Positions 18,302 through 28,954 of a DNA stretch of 55,943 nucleotides are shown in pieces. Position 1 is the first letter of the stretch; the number at the start of each line of letters is the position of its first letter. The notes beneath the pieces were generated by a model, which was given only the letters and a program-made list of their open reading frames with translations, was not told the DNA's origin and searched no databases. The stretch covers positions 1-55,943 of the IMG/VR virus record IMGVR_UViG_3300047399_000091, one strand, 5' to 3'. A program made the translations under genes and the position numbers. The stretch is from a virus (Duplodnaviria > Caudoviricetes).

Positions 18302-20881
18302 ATGGCAATAAATCTTAGCTCAAGCCTAGCAAAACAGATTCAGGATGCTTTGGCAAATACTCATATACCTTCGCTTAGCGAATTTATGTACTTGGCTACA
18401 CATGACCCATATGTATACGAGAATTATGGTAATTGGGGTCAACCCGGATGGCCGTATGGGACTTATCAATATTATTTAAAAAATGAAAATCTTACTCAAG
18501 ATACAATTATAGATAAACTTCTTCAACAAAATGCTTCTCAATCTGGATGGACAAAACCAGAAGATTGGGGCGGTGCTTTAGGAGGGGTATGGCAAGCTCC
18601 TAATGGTCACTACTATATTTCCCCTTATGCTTCAGGATCGTGGCCGGGCACTCTTGACCCTAATACTGGATTTATAGATTTAGGAACTAATGGTTCTGCT
18701 GTTGTATCGCAAGGTGTAGCAAACAGGAATGCTGCATATCATGGTGGTGATTGGGTAAGTGATATGCTTGGCGCTATTGGCCCAGCATTGATGATGGGCG
18801 GTGTTGGCGCTTTAGCGGCTGGCCCAGCAATAGCGGCATTATCGGAAGCGGCTGCACCAACTGCTGCTGCCGCTGCGCCTCTTGCTGAAGCTGCTGTTGC
18901 TCCTCAGATTGCCGCTGAACTTTCTGCCTTGCAAGCCTCTACTACAGGACTTGGAAGTGGTATTGGTAGCACATCTATCGTAGATCAGCTTATTAGTAAT
19001 CTGCCTTCTGTTTCTACGATGGCGCAGAATGCTGGTATCAATGCCGTAACTCAGCTTGCTACCACTGGAAATATTGACCCTTCAAAAGTATTGACTTCAA
19101 CACTTACAGGTGCTGTTGGGACGACTGTAGGGGCTACGGTTGGTCAGGATGTATTGTCTGCCACAGATAGTGCTTTGGCTGCATCTATAGCCTCTGGCGC
19201 TACAAAAGGTGCTGTGCAAGCCGCGCTTACTGGGGGAGATGTTTTTAATACCGCTTTGGCGTCTGGTGCGGCGTCAGGACTTGGTTCTATTACCAAAGAT
19301 GCCGGTGTTCCTGTCCCGCAGCCCGTTATCAATGCTGTGGTTAATTCTGTTGCAAGTGGCGCACCGCTTGATCAAACATTGACCAATGCTGCGATTACTA
19401 TTGGCGCTGGGATGGCTAAAGATGCAGTCCTTGGCACTCAGCCTCCTGCGCCAGTTGAGACTGGTGTTCCTTCTACTCCAGAACAAGTTGGTGCATTGCC
19501 TGCGCCTATACAATTGGCTGCGGCAGATACAGGAACTACTACTGATACGCAGAATACGGAGAAATTTGAACGAGCGACTGATTTCTACAATAGTGAACTA
19601 AATAAAATTGAGGCCGATGGAAAAGACATAACAAAACAAAAGGCCGATGAAGTTCTTCAAGCTACTGCCGCTCAATACGGTATTGATCCTGTCCAACTGG
19701 ATAAATGGATTCAGGATACGGGGGCAACCGGCACTTATGGAATGATTCCACAAGAATCTACTCCGCAAACTCCATCAATTGTTACCGATGCAGTACCGAT
19801 CGGCGGTTCTCAACAGCCGTCTGGCGCTCTTCCGAGTTCGACTCAACCTTCTGCTCCTGTAGATCAATCTGCGGTTATCGAGACTCCTGCGGCGACTACT
19901 CCGTCCGCAACTCCTTCTGCCGGTCAGCTGTTAAGCACAGATCAATCCGCAGGTGCGTTACCGACCGCACAGCAAATGCCTGAAGTTTTGGTCGAAGCTC
20001 AGCAACCGGCAGAAACAGAGCTTCCCGCAGTATCCTTGCCTAATGTTGATACCACTGGAATGGCTATTACTGGCGGTTCTACTGGTACGTCTACGCCTGT
20101 TTCTGCGCCTGTTACGACGACTGTTCCTGTATCTGTTTCTCAAACTGCAGCGCCTAGTTCAAATCTGTCAATTTCAGGATTGTCTCTGCTTTCAGGAGAC
20201 CAGCAATCGGGTGCTTTGCCTAAGGGTTTAAATGCAACTTATTTGCAAGCTGCACCTTTGCAAGAAACAAATTTCAAACTCGCAAAACTCAAACAGCTCT
20301 ATCCTCAATTAGCTTCGGTGGATCCCAAATTGCTTTCCATACTCTCCAGCAAAAGTGGATCGAGACAAGATTCCCAGTCCGAAGGAGCGTATACTGATTT
20401 GAGTGGCGGCACCCTTTCAGCTCCATCCGCTGGTTATCCTTCCCGTGCAGCGGGAGCAGGGTCTGAAGGAATTACTTCTTTCGCAAACACAGCTGACCTG
20501 ATGGCTGGAGGTTACAATGCATTAACTTCCGCAGGGCTGCGTTCTTTAGGATCCCAGTCGCCGTATGGACTCAAAACAGGCGGTTCTGTAAAACCTCATA
20601 TACCCGAGTTCATAACTGGTAAAACTGGTCATTATGTCGAAGGCAAAGGCGACGGACAATCCGACGACATACCAGCGATGCTCGCTGATGGAGAATACGT
20701 ATTCGACGCTGAAAGCGTTGCGCAACTTGGTAATGGTTCTTCAAAAGCAGGGGCAAAACTTTTAGATCACTTCCGTGAATCGCTTAGAGAGCATAAGCGA
20801 TCAGCTCCTACGGATAAAATCCCACCAGCTTCCTCGCCTTTGACTTATATGAGAGAAGCGCTGAAACGAAATAAAGGATAA
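18302..20881 (+). CDS. Internal virion/ejection protein
   Basis: Low-complexity Ala/Thr/Pro body; C-terminal LKTGGSV then GKGDGQSDDIPAMLADGEYV domain. Confidence 0.65.
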   Translation: MAINLSSSLAKQIQDALANTHIPSLSEFMYLATHDPYVYENYGNWGQPGWPYGTYQYYLKNENLTQDTIIDKLLQQNASQSGWTKPEDWGGALGGVWQAPNGHYYISPYASGSWPGTLDPNTGFIDLGTNGSAVVSQGVANRNAAYHGGDWVSDMLGAIGPALMMGGVGALAAGPAIAALSEAAAPTAAAAAPLAEAAVAPQIAAELSALQASTTGLGSGIGSTSIVDQLISNLPSVSTMAQNAGINAVTQLATTGNIDPSKVLTSTLTGAVGTTVGATVGQDVLSATDSALAASIASGATKGAVQAALTGGDVFNTALASGAASGLGSITKDAGVPVPQPVINAVVNSVASGAPLDQTLTNAAITIGAGMAKDAVLGTQPPAPVETGVPSTPEQVGALPAPIQLAAADTGTTTDTQNTEKFERATDFYNSELNKIEADGKDITKQKADEVLQATAAQYGIDPVQLDKWIQDTGATGTYGMIPQESTPQTPSIVTDAVPIGGSQQPSGALPSSTQPSAPVDQSAVIETPAATTPSATPSAGQLLSTDQSAGALPTAQQMPEVLVEAQQPAETELPAVSLPNVDTTGMAITGGSTGTSTPVSAPVTTTVPVSVSQTAAPSSNLSISGLSLLSGDQQSGALPKGLNATYLQAAPLQETNFKLAKLKQLYPQLASVDPKLLSILSSKSGSRQDSQSEGAYTDLSGGTLSAPSAGYPSRAAGAGSEGITSFANTADLMAGGYNALTSAGLRSLGSQSPYGLKTGGSVKPHIPEFITGKTGHYVEGKGDGQSDDIPAMLADGEYVFDAESVAQLGNGSSKAGAKLLDHFRESLREHKRSAPTDKIPPASSPLTYMREALKRNKG

Positions 20882-20884
20882 ATC

Positions 20885-21907
20885 ATGTCACTGACACAAG
20901 GAGCTCCGCTCCCGAGTATAACCACCACACAAGGGCAAACGACCACTGCTCCGGCTTTTTATACAAATTACCTGAGCAACCTAGCAGAAAAAGGAACTGC
21001 TGCAGGGCAGGGCGCTGAATACGTTGGTGCAACTCCTCTACAGCAGCAGGCTTTTGATGCCACTCGTGCTAATGTTGGCAACTATCAGCCAGCGCTAACC
21101 GCTGCTACAAATCTCGCTGGTCAAGCTGGCAGCTATGACGTGGCACAGGCAGCGGGTCAGTTTATGAACCCTTATACGCAGAATGTTGTCGATGCGTTGG
21201 GAGCTCTTGGAAGACGTAACATTGAGCAATATCTCGCTCCTTCAGCGACCGCAGCGGCGGTGGGATCAGGACAGTTCGGCTCAAAGCGCGGTGCAGAAGT
21301 CCTCGGACAAGCGATCAACACCGGCTTACAAAATATTAATGCTGCACAGGCGCAGGCGCTGCAAACTGGTTACACTCAAGCACTACAGGCTGCTCAAAAC
21401 CAAGAAGCTGCAAAACTCGCAGCTAGTCAACAGCTAGGAAACCTTGCAACGACGACTCAGAATTTGGGACTTTCTGATGTCAATGCGCTCGCAACTATGG
21501 GCGCTCAGCAGCAGCAAATCGAGCAAGGTAAAAGTCTTTTCCCGCTACAAGTTGCAGCTCAACAGGCGGGATTGCTGCGCGGCTATACGATGCCGACTTC
21601 GGTCAGCTCGACTTATACTGGTCCGATTCCTGGAGCATATTCTTCCTCTCCGCTCGCCCAAATCGCTGGTCTGGGGTCTATAATGGGTGCAGTTAGCAAT
21701 ACGAATCTAGGAAAATCGATCGGATCAGCTCTTTCCGGAATAGATTGGAGCAAATGGTTAAGCGGCTCTGCTCCTGAGCAGGTGGGTGGTCCGATTGACG
21801 GGAGCCAGCCTTCTGGCGGTGATATTATTACTGTTAACCCTAATGGAACTTATACCCTTTCTGATGGGAGTATAATTTATCCTAGCCAATATAGCGAAGG
21901 AGTCTGA
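20885..21907 (+). CDS. Ejection (DNA transfer/pilot-like) protein
   Basis: Gln/Ala-rich; FMNPYTQNVV, GQFGSKR, hydrophobic C-terminal segment. Confidence 0.7.
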   Translation: MSLTQGAPLPSITTTQGQTTTAPAFYTNYLSNLAEKGTAAGQGAEYVGATPLQQQAFDATRANVGNYQPALTAATNLAGQAGSYDVAQAAGQFMNPYTQNVVDALGALGRRNIEQYLAPSATAAAVGSGQFGSKRGAEVLGQAINTGLQNINAAQAQALQTGYTQALQAAQNQEAAKLAASQQLGNLATTTQNLGLSDVNALATMGAQQQQIEQGKSLFPLQVAAQQAGLLRGYTMPTSVSSTYTGPIPGAYSSSPLAQIAGLGSIMGAVSNTNLGKSIGSALSGIDWSKWLSGSAPEQVGGPIDGSQPSGGDIITVNPNGTYTLSDGSIIYPSQYSEGV

Positions 21908-21909
21908 TA

Positions 21910-23667
21910 ATGGCTGCTTTACCAATTGGAGCAACAGCGCCGCAAAATCTTGGCGCTGATGACGCTGCGCGACAAGAGTATTTCGAAGCGCTAAACAAAA
22001 CTCTTCAAGCTCTTGAGTCAAGAGTTAGCGCCGGTCCAAACCTATGGAATGTCGCTGGTGCTTTTTTCAACCCTGGGAGAACAGGCTCATTCGGCGAAGC
22101 TCTTGGCAACGTCGCCACGACTGTCGGGAAAGATGTCGAGCGTCAGCAGGAGCTCGCTTTGCCGATTGCGCAAATGCGCGCCAATATTGCTGGACAAAAA
22201 TATCAGGTTGAAAACGAGGCTAAAGCTCTCAACATGTTTGCGAACGCAATCGGTTTACCTCCTGGTGAAGCTGCGGCTGCGATAAATTCGGGTCAAGTTT
22301 CTCCTGACATGCTTAGCCGTGTTCCTTCGAACCTTTATGTAGCGATAAATAAACTAGACCCAAAGCTCGGCGAAGGGATCAAAAACGCTTTCAACATGGA
22401 CGTTGAACGACGTAAGCTCGTCAATGAAGATATCAAAAACGGGATGCAATACGCAGACTTGGTAGCTAAATATGGCGAGAGTGTTAATCAGTATTTGTCT
22501 CCCAGCTTCCGCACTTCAGGCGCTGCACCCGCCGCCGCTCCTGCCGCTGCTCCTGCCGCCGCTCCTGCTCCTGCCGCCGCTCCCGCTGCACCTGCTGCAC
22601 CTGTTCCCGCTGCCGCTCCCAAGACTTTTTCTCCGAAAGAGCTGGCTTCTCAGATTGAGAGTGATTTCGGGATCAGCCTTGGACCATTGGCGCTGGAGCG
22701 TACTCCCGAGCAGCAGCAAGAGCTTTTGGACCGATTCGCCAAAGGCGAAAAAGGTATTTACAAACCTGCAGCTGTCGTTGAGGGAAAAAGCGTTTACCAC
22801 GAAAATGCGATCGATGTCCCTGCCTCGGTGCCTGAATCTTACCTGCGCGCTCGCGGCTATTACAGACCTGACAAAAACGATCCTGTTCACGCAATTCCGA
22901 TTCCTAGTGAAAAGCCAGCAGCTGCAGTTTCACCTGCTCCTGCACAACCGCCTAAAGCAGTCGACCCAAATAAAGTCCCAATTGACGCGGACATTTCCAG
23001 TCTTCCTTTAGCGGTGCAAGCTCAAGTTAGAGAGAATCGCGCTAAAAGCCAAGACAAAGCGTATGAAAATCATAGAGCTGAGATCATTGGTTACACGCCT
23101 CAGACTACTTCTGCAACAGCCAACCGTTTGCGCGAGCTGCATGATATTGCAGAGGAGAGACCTGCGATTTTCGGTTTGATGCAAAAGCAAGGTTTGCTAT
23201 CCGCAATTCAAACTTCAGCTCAGGAAGGTTTCAATCTTGGTCGTGGATACAGTATCTCTGCACCTGTTCAAGCATTCCTTGAAAAATACACATTGAGTCC
23301 AAAAGATCAGAAAATTTTACGCCGCGCTTCACAGCTTTTAGCAGAGCAATTTTTCGAAGACGCAAAAGCTGAAAAATCTGTTCTTGGTCCTTCCATCTCG
23401 AATGCAGATTCTCAGTTTATGCAGCGACCAATGGTAACTGAGAAAGATTCTGCTGATTCTGTTAAATACTGGGTAAAACATCATTTGATTCTAAACGGTC
23501 AACGTGCTGATCTATTCAAGAGTTTGAATTATTACGACAAACAATACGGAACTAAAGTTCCTTTCGGTAGTTATTTTGGTTCAGACGATTATCTCGGTAT
23601 TGTTAAGAAATACAGCGACCTGAACAGACAGCTCCGTAAGCGTTATCCTGGTTTCGGGAGTGAATAA
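21910..23667 (+). CDS. Ejection protein with central M15-like peptidase domain
   Basis: RTPEQQQEL..SVYHENAID..DPVH between Ala-Pro linkers. Confidence 0.6.
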   Translation: MAALPIGATAPQNLGADDAARQEYFEALNKTLQALESRVSAGPNLWNVAGAFFNPGRTGSFGEALGNVATTVGKDVERQQELALPIAQMRANIAGQKYQVENEAKALNMFANAIGLPPGEAAAAINSGQVSPDMLSRVPSNLYVAINKLDPKLGEGIKNAFNMDVERRKLVNEDIKNGMQYADLVAKYGESVNQYLSPSFRTSGAAPAAAPAAAPAAAPAPAAAPAAPAAPVPAAAPKTFSPKELASQIESDFGISLGPLALERTPEQQQELLDRFAKGEKGIYKPAAVVEGKSVYHENAIDVPASVPESYLRARGYYRPDKNDPVHAIPIPSEKPAAAVSPAPAQPPKAVDPNKVPIDADISSLPLAVQAQVRENRAKSQDKAYENHRAEIIGYTPQTTSATANRLRELHDIAEERPAIFGLMQKQGLLSAIQTSAQEGFNLGRGYSISAPVQAFLEKYTLSPKDQKILRRASQLLAEQFFEDAKAEKSVLGPSISNADSQFMQRPMVTEKDSADSVKYWVKHHLILNGQRADLFKSLNYYDKQYGTKVPFGSYFGSDDYLGIVKKYSDLNRQLRKRYPGFGSE

Positions 23668-24806
23668 TGGCTGACAAACCTAAAAAAGACGAGCTCGATG
23701 AGGTTTTGGGTCTTGGAACTGATTCCGAATCGCAGCACAAATTGGAAGATATCGATCCTGTTTTCTCTAAAAAAGAAAAAGAGCACAGCGACCGAAAAGT
23801 TGAGGAAACTTTAGGATCTCCGAGCTCGGATTCAAATGTGCCTCTCGCCGGAGCTACCGGTGCCGCTGCAGGTCTCCTGTTTGGTCCGAAGAGCGAAGCT
23901 CCTTCGACGAGAGAATATAGGCAGGCGAAATCAACTGCAGAGGTTAGAGGCAAGTCCGTTGAGCGTCAAACTAACAAGCTCGCTGAAGCAAAAGCAGCTC
24001 ATGTTTCCAATGTTGATGTCGTTCACAACGAGCTCAAAGCCTCTCAAGCAAGATTCAACGCTGCGCAACAGAAGCTCGAAATTGCTCGGCAAAACGCTGT
24101 AAGGTTGAATGCGCTACCCGAGCCTCCTCCTGCAGCTCCTGCGCCGACAGTTGGCAGCACTGTGCCTATTGACGAAGGTGCGATGCGTCACAATGTGAAG
24201 ATGGGTAACATTGTCGATTACAACACGGTACGCAAAGGTATGACCGGCACCACCGAAGCTACTAGCGGAATGGGTCGGCTTTCTGGTGGTTACACTCAGT
24301 CGGGTCGGCTGATCGTCCCGAGCGAGCTCGCCAATGCTCCGCTTTACAATGCAGAACAGTTAGCGGCACAGAAAACACTTTCTGAAGCTGAAGCGGCATT
24401 GAAATCTGCCCAGACCGACATGAACGCTCTGCAGGCAAAATGGAGGGGCATGGCGGGATCGACGCCTAAAACGGTGCAAAAAGCTGAGCTCAACCTTTCT
24501 AATGCAGCGGAAAAAGCGGCTGAGGCTGCTGACAAGGCTGCTTCTCTAAAACCCACGGGACTGCAACGTGCAGGTGCAATAATCAGACGCATCCCTTACC
24601 TAAATATACTCGCTGGAGGACTCACAGGCGCAGAAGCGATGCACGCTTACGAGCAGGGTCTGACTCCTGAAGGGATAATGAGTGGAATGGGTGCAGCTGG
24701 CGGTGCATTGATGATGGTTCCTCACCCTGCGTCAACCGCTCTCGGTGCAGCGCTCAGTGTTCCTCCTTTGATTTATCAGGGCTATAAATATTACAAAGGT
24801 GAATGA
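23667..24806 (+). CDS. Ejection/internal protein with hydrophobic C-terminus
   Basis: TAATG coupling; helical Ala-rich; last gene of the structural block. Confidence 0.6.
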   Translation: MADKPKKDELDEVLGLGTDSESQHKLEDIDPVFSKKEKEHSDRKVEETLGSPSSDSNVPLAGATGAAAGLLFGPKSEAPSTREYRQAKSTAEVRGKSVERQTNKLAEAKAAHVSNVDVVHNELKASQARFNAAQQKLEIARQNAVRLNALPEPPPAAPAPTVGSTVPIDEGAMRHNVKMGNIVDYNTVRKGMTGTTEATSGMGRLSGGYTQSGRLIVPSELANAPLYNAEQLAAQKTLSEAEAALKSAQTDMNALQAKWRGMAGSTPKTVQKAELNLSNAAEKAAEAADKAASLKPTGLQRAGAIIRRIPYLNILAGGLTGAEAMHAYEQGLTPEGIMSGMGAAGGALMMVPHPASTALGAALSVPPLIYQGYKYYKGE

Positions 24807-24839
24807 CGCTCTGAATTGTAAATTCGCTGTCACGCTCCT

Positions 24840-25010
24840 TCACGCCTGAAACGTGTTAGACCCCGAATTGTTGGGGTCTTTTTTTGCCCTAAGCAGCGCC
24901 AAACTCCACGCCTCTACCCAAACATTGTAAGGGTCTTTCAACAGATCGTTATTTCCGGTGCGGTCGAGCAGCGCGATCCAGTCTTTGTATTCTTGCTCCA
25001 TGCTATCCAT
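24840..25010 (-). CDS. Hypothetical 56-aa protein (not in ORF track)
   Basis: MDSMEQEYKDWIALLDRTGNNDLLKDPYNVWVEAW...; overlaps the dnaE stop. Confidence 0.55.
   Translation of the reverse strand: MDSMEQEYKDWIALLDRTGNNDLLKDPYNVWVEAWSLALLRAKKDPNNSGSNTFQA
24858..24885 (+). terminator. Terminator at convergence of structural and replication blocks
   Basis: AGACCCC-gaattgtt-GGGGTCT then T6. Confidence 0.8.
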
Positions 25011-27729
25011 TTTCTATAACCTTCCATTTCTCTATTTGCATCATTCGGATTCCATTCTTGCCCATGTGCCCCCGAGCGAGAATCACTGCGCCAATAGGCA
25101 CGGATTCCAATATCTCTTTGCCCATTTTTTCGTAATCTTTTCGACGAACGGTAAGAATCGCTAGTCCTGTGTCGTCTTTAACTGTTATGTTCAGCCAATA
25201 ACGGAACTCTCGATCGTAATCCGTGATTACGCCTCCACGCTTCATCACGTTGCCTGTTTCCAGTGCATCTCGCAAGTTTTTCTCTGCCAGCATACCCAAA
25301 ACAACAACTTCTGAACCGTCAGCCTCAAGGTCATTGCACTTGGTCAAAACAGAACCCTCTTTTAGCCCGTGCTTACGAGGATTTTCGTACCAATCTCCGA
25401 ATCTTGCGGTGAACGGGTATGGGTCTGGCCATTTGAGCTTTGGATTCTCGAGCTTAGCAATTATACTTGGAGGCAATTGTTTTTTGGTAATGCGTGAATC
25501 CAGTATTTTTTGAGCCATCTTTGGACCAATACCGTGAACAGCGATAAGCCCACCATAAATTGCGTCTCCTTTAGCTGCCCAGCTGGCTTCCGAACGATCT
25601 TTGTCGAACGCAACGTATTTGAATCCTTCTGCTGTTATCTCCCTGAGGAGTTTGAGGACAGCATCATCATCGGAGGTGTGGCGGAGGGAAGCTGCACTGA
25701 ATTGCAATGGATGGTAATATTTCAGCCAAGCTGTCCAAGCCGAGATAACGGAGTAGGCTGCAGCGTGTGCTTTAACGAAAGCGTAAGACCCTGCATGCAT
25801 CATTGAGTTCCAGACCTCAAGCGCTGCTTCTCGATTTATATCCTGCTTCTCAGCGCCAGCTAAGAACTTGTCTCTGAATTGGTCGAAATATTCTTTCCCG
25901 AGTGATTTCGACATCGCTCTCCGCAGGGCGGTCAATTCTGGCCAGCCGAGCAAACCAATATCTCTGCCTAAAAACAGGATCTGCTCTTGGTAAACCACCA
26001 CACCTTCTGTCTGTTCTGTCCAGCGCTTATGAATGTCGTGGTAATAGGTCGGTGTGTCCAGTCCCCTCCGAACATCTAGGAACTTTTTGGCTCCACCAGA
26101 CTGAAGTGGTCCAGGTCTTGCGAGAGAAGTGAGTGCGACAATGTCGTTAAAGTTCCGCACCTCGAACTGTCTCAAAAGCTGCCTAGCAGCATCGCCTTCG
26201 AGCTGGAAAACACCTGTGATTTTCTGGCTATTGAGCAGTTTGTAGATGTTCGGATCGTTGACGTCGATGTCGGTTATTTTTTTCCCGACCTCGTCTATGG
26301 TTTCCTGCACGATGTCGAGTGTTTTCAGACCGAGCGCGTCGAGCTTCATCAGGTTGAGCGATTCTGCCTGATATTTGTCGATCTGAGAAATCCCCTCCGA
26401 AGTCACCGAGCAGTAATCAGCCACAGGGGTGTTGCAAATGATCACGCCTGCAGCGTGCACTCCTGCGTGAGAGGCGTGCCCCTCCAATGCGCCTGCATTC
26501 CTGAATCCTGGGTGCTTTTCCAATAGCTCTCGCCCAGCCTTGAGTGATTCCATCGTATCAGAAAGACAAAAGGCTGCGCGCGAATCGCCTGAAGAGCGCT
26601 CGATCATGTTGTCTCGAATTTCAGAGGTTTCCCAGACAGGAATCCGCATGCGCTTGCCCACGTTGGCTAAGATTGATTTGGGCTTCAGCTTGTTCACGTT
26701 TCCGAGTCTGGCAATGCTTTGCTCGCCATATTTCCCTTTGAGATAGTCGAAAAGTTCATCTCGGCGATCTCCTGGAAAATCCATATCGATATCGGGTAGG
26801 TCGATACGAGTCACGTCCACGAACCGCTCAAAAAGCAACCCATGCTCAATTGGGTCGAGCTCTGTGATTCCGAGCAGATAGCAAATAATCGACCCAGAAG
26901 ACGAACCGCGTCCTGGACCCACTAACATTCTGCCTCGCGCCCAGCGAATTAGGTCGTAAACCATGAGAAAGTAAGACTCGAACTGTTTCTCTCGGATAAC
27001 AGCCAATTCTCTTTGTAGCCTGGCTTCGTATTCCTCACCGAAACCGGTTGGAAAGCGCCATGGAATACCTTTCCTTGCCTCGGCTTCCAAATCGCCTTCT
27101 ACGACCATATTCTTGGCTACAGGCAGGGTCACTTTTTCGAATTTTTCAGCCAGCTGCTCCCAAGAGATAGAAATCGGGAAAATTTCATCAATTTCACGTT
27201 GCGACCACCAATGCTGAGAATGTGCTCCCAAACGCACACCGAGCAGCTCAGCATATTTTCGGTCAGTTGGAGCTGGATAGCGCACGTCGGAAACAAAGAA
27301 CAACGGCAGCTTTTTCGAACGAGCCTGCTGAATGTTCATTTTGTTCTTCAGAGAGTTCAACGGGTGCAAATCGAGAACCACGTCTTCTGCTTTGATCTTT
27401 TCAAGATCAGCGGTATACGGAAAAACGAGCAGATTGCTGGAGAATTCAGTTTCGTAGGTTATGCCGGCACTGTGCCTGTAAAGTTCCCGCAGACCTTCTT
27501 GATTTTTAGCCAGAACTTTGATCGAGCGCTCTTCGTCGCCGACCTTCAGCTCTGCGCCAAGAATAGGCTGAATTTCAGCTTTTTCTGCAGCCTTGAAAAA
27601 CGGAACATGACCCCAAGTGCCAATGTCGCAGATGGCGGCTTTTTTGTACCCAAGCTGGCTGGCTCGTGCTACGACTCTGCCAATCGGTCCAAAACAATTA
27701 CCAAAGGTGAATTCAGTTCTTGTAATCAT
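25003..27729 (-). CDS. dnaE: Family C DNA polymerase (Pol III alpha-like)
   Basis: GPGRGSS, LLFERF, PDIDMD catalytic motif, KLDALGL, GVFQLE, RPGPL, YQEQ, C-terminal OB-like region; degenerate PHP. Confidence 0.95.
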   Translation of the reverse strand: MITRTEFTFGNCFGPIGRVVARASQLGYKKAAICDIGTWGHVPFFKAAEKAEIQPILGAELKVGDEERSIKVLAKNQEGLRELYRHSAGITYETEFSSNLLVFPYTADLEKIKAEDVVLDLHPLNSLKNKMNIQQARSKKLPLFFVSDVRYPAPTDRKYAELLGVRLGAHSQHWWSQREIDEIFPISISWEQLAEKFEKVTLPVAKNMVVEGDLEAEARKGIPWRFPTGFGEEYEARLQRELAVIREKQFESYFLMVYDLIRWARGRMLVGPGRGSSSGSIICYLLGITELDPIEHGLLFERFVDVTRIDLPDIDMDFPGDRRDELFDYLKGKYGEQSIARLGNVNKLKPKSILANVGKRMRIPVWETSEIRDNMIERSSGDSRAAFCLSDTMESLKAGRELLEKHPGFRNAGALEGHASHAGVHAAGVIICNTPVADYCSVTSEGISQIDKYQAESLNLMKLDALGLKTLDIVQETIDEVGKKITDIDVNDPNIYKLLNSQKITGVFQLEGDAARQLLRQFEVRNFNDIVALTSLARPGPLQSGGAKKFLDVRRGLDTPTYYHDIHKRWTEQTEGVVVYQEQILFLGRDIGLLGWPELTALRRAMSKSLGKEYFDQFRDKFLAGAEKQDINREAALEVWNSMMHAGSYAFVKAHAAAYSVISAWTAWLKYYHPLQFSAASLRHTSDDDAVLKLLREITAEGFKYVAFDKDRSEASWAAKGDAIYGGLIAVHGIGPKMAQKILDSRITKKQLPPSIIAKLENPKLKWPDPYPFTARFGDWYENPRKHGLKEGSVLTKCNDLEADGSEVVVLGMLAEKNLRDALETGNVMKRGGVITDYDREFRYWLNITVKDDTGLAILTVRRKDYEKMGKEILESVPIGAVILARGHMGKNGIRMMQIEKWKVIENG

Positions 27730-28246
27730 TGAGCGTTTTGTAGCATTCCCAGAGCGCTTTTACGTCATCAAGAGCGCGGTGTGTTTGGGCAAGGGGTTTG
27801 CCTTGCGTGTGCTCGTAGAGTTCTACCAGTTTCATGCGCCTGCCTTTTATGTGCATGGTAGCGTCCACGGTGCAGATCTGATTCGGCGGGAAAGGGAATC
27901 TCCTCTCCCAGCCTGTTCTGAGCAGCTCGAAATAGAGCACGTCTCTATCGAACGCGAGATTGTGAGCAACAAGTGTATGAGTGCCGAGGAAAAAGCTCGC
28001 CAGCTCCGGAATCAGCTCTTCGATCGTGCGCTTGCCTTTTAGGTCTTCTGGTTTCAGACCTGTTATCTTCGTGATCTCGGCAGAGATTTCCTGTTTCGGA
28101 TCGACGAGCTCCCAAAGTTCAGAGACGATGCTGCCTTTGTCGCTAACTTTTATCGCGCCGATTTCTATAATTTTCGGCTGAAGCTCTAAATCCGACGAGC
28201 TGGGAAGCGTCAAACCCGTTGTCTCAAAATCAAGCAGTATTATCAT
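27713..28246 (-). CDS. dnaQ: DEDDh 3'-5' exonuclease (epsilon-like)
   Basis: DFETTG, HNLAFD, HRALDD motifs; overlaps dnaE start. Confidence 0.92.
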   Translation of the reverse strand: MIILLDFETTGLTLPSSSDLELQPKIIEIGAIKVSDKGSIVSELWELVDPKQEISAEITKITGLKPEDLKGKRTIEELIPELASFFLGTHTLVAHNLAFDRDVLYFELLRTGWERRFPFPPNQICTVDATMHIKGRRMKLVELYEHTQGKPLAQTHRALDDVKALWECYKTLNDYKN

Positions 28247-28529
28247 CAGTCAGCTCTTCGAGCATAGCTGCGTAAACAGAGAGGTCGTGCGCAGAGTCTT
28301 GATGACCGCCACGAGTTAAATTCTCCGAATAGCGAGTGAGCTTGCTAAGGCATTGGATAAAAATCCCCAAACGGTTGAATTCCTCAACTGTGTAAAGACT
28401 CAGTCCATTTGGGAAAATCGCAGACATTACGCGACCAAACTTTTTGTAATTGTCGCCGTAGAGTTTATTGCGCTGCTCGTAAGTTTCTGCGCATTCGCGT
28501 AAAAGTTCTGGAACAGATTTTTTGCTCAC
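28230..28529 (-). CDS. DUF6378/Nmad1-like all-alpha protein (putative nucleotide pyrophosphatase)
   Basis: GTG start with GGAG RBS; RNKLYG..KLTRY..HQDSAHDLSVYAAM. Confidence 0.6.
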   Translation of the reverse strand: MSKKSVPELLRECAETYEQRNKLYGDNYKKFGRVMSAIFPNGLSLYTVEEFNRLGIFIQCLSKLTRYSENLTRGGHQDSAHDLSVYAAMLEELTDDNTA

Positions 28530-28954
28530 ACCAATACTCCTCTCAGTCCGAGTTCTTTGCACATTTCGATTATATCTTCCCTGTCGTCGTAAGCTCGTTC
28601 TATTTCAAACATCATCAGCAGATCGGATATAAGTTTGCGCTTCAAATCTACAGAGTGCTGATGATTACCATTGGGGCGCATTATCAGCGCCTGATATTTG
28701 AAGTTTTTCTCTCTGAGCCAGTTTGTTGTCTTTTGGCGCACGTATTCTGGTCGCGCTGTGACGAAGAAAACTGGCACCGGAGACTCATCAACGATGTGAC
28801 GATTTATCGCAGAATCTCCGTCACAATGAATGTGATAAGCGTGATATTTGTTTTCACCATCCTCGGCTTGAGGATCAATGAGCCATTGGCGCCATTTGTC
28901 GTCGCTCACAGTGCTGTCTAAATCAACAACGCGTATAGTTCCTGAATTCATCAT
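28526..28954 (-). CDS. HAD phosphatase (T4 PNK 3'-phosphatase-like)
   Basis: DLDST, VTARP, LIMRP, K, YDDR motifs. Confidence 0.85.
   Translation of the reverse strand: MMNSGTIRVVDLDSTVSDDKWRQWLIDPQAEDGENKYHAYHIHCDGDSAINRHIVDESPVPVFFVTARPEYVRQKTTNWLREKNFKYQALIMRPNGNHQHSVDLKRKLISDLLMMFEIERAYDDREDIIEMCKELGLRGVLV

Noticed and set aside
22524-22620. GCC/GCT/CCT microsatellite as a regulatory repeat
   Set aside because: It is in frame and degenerate at third positions; it simply encodes an Ala-Pro linker.
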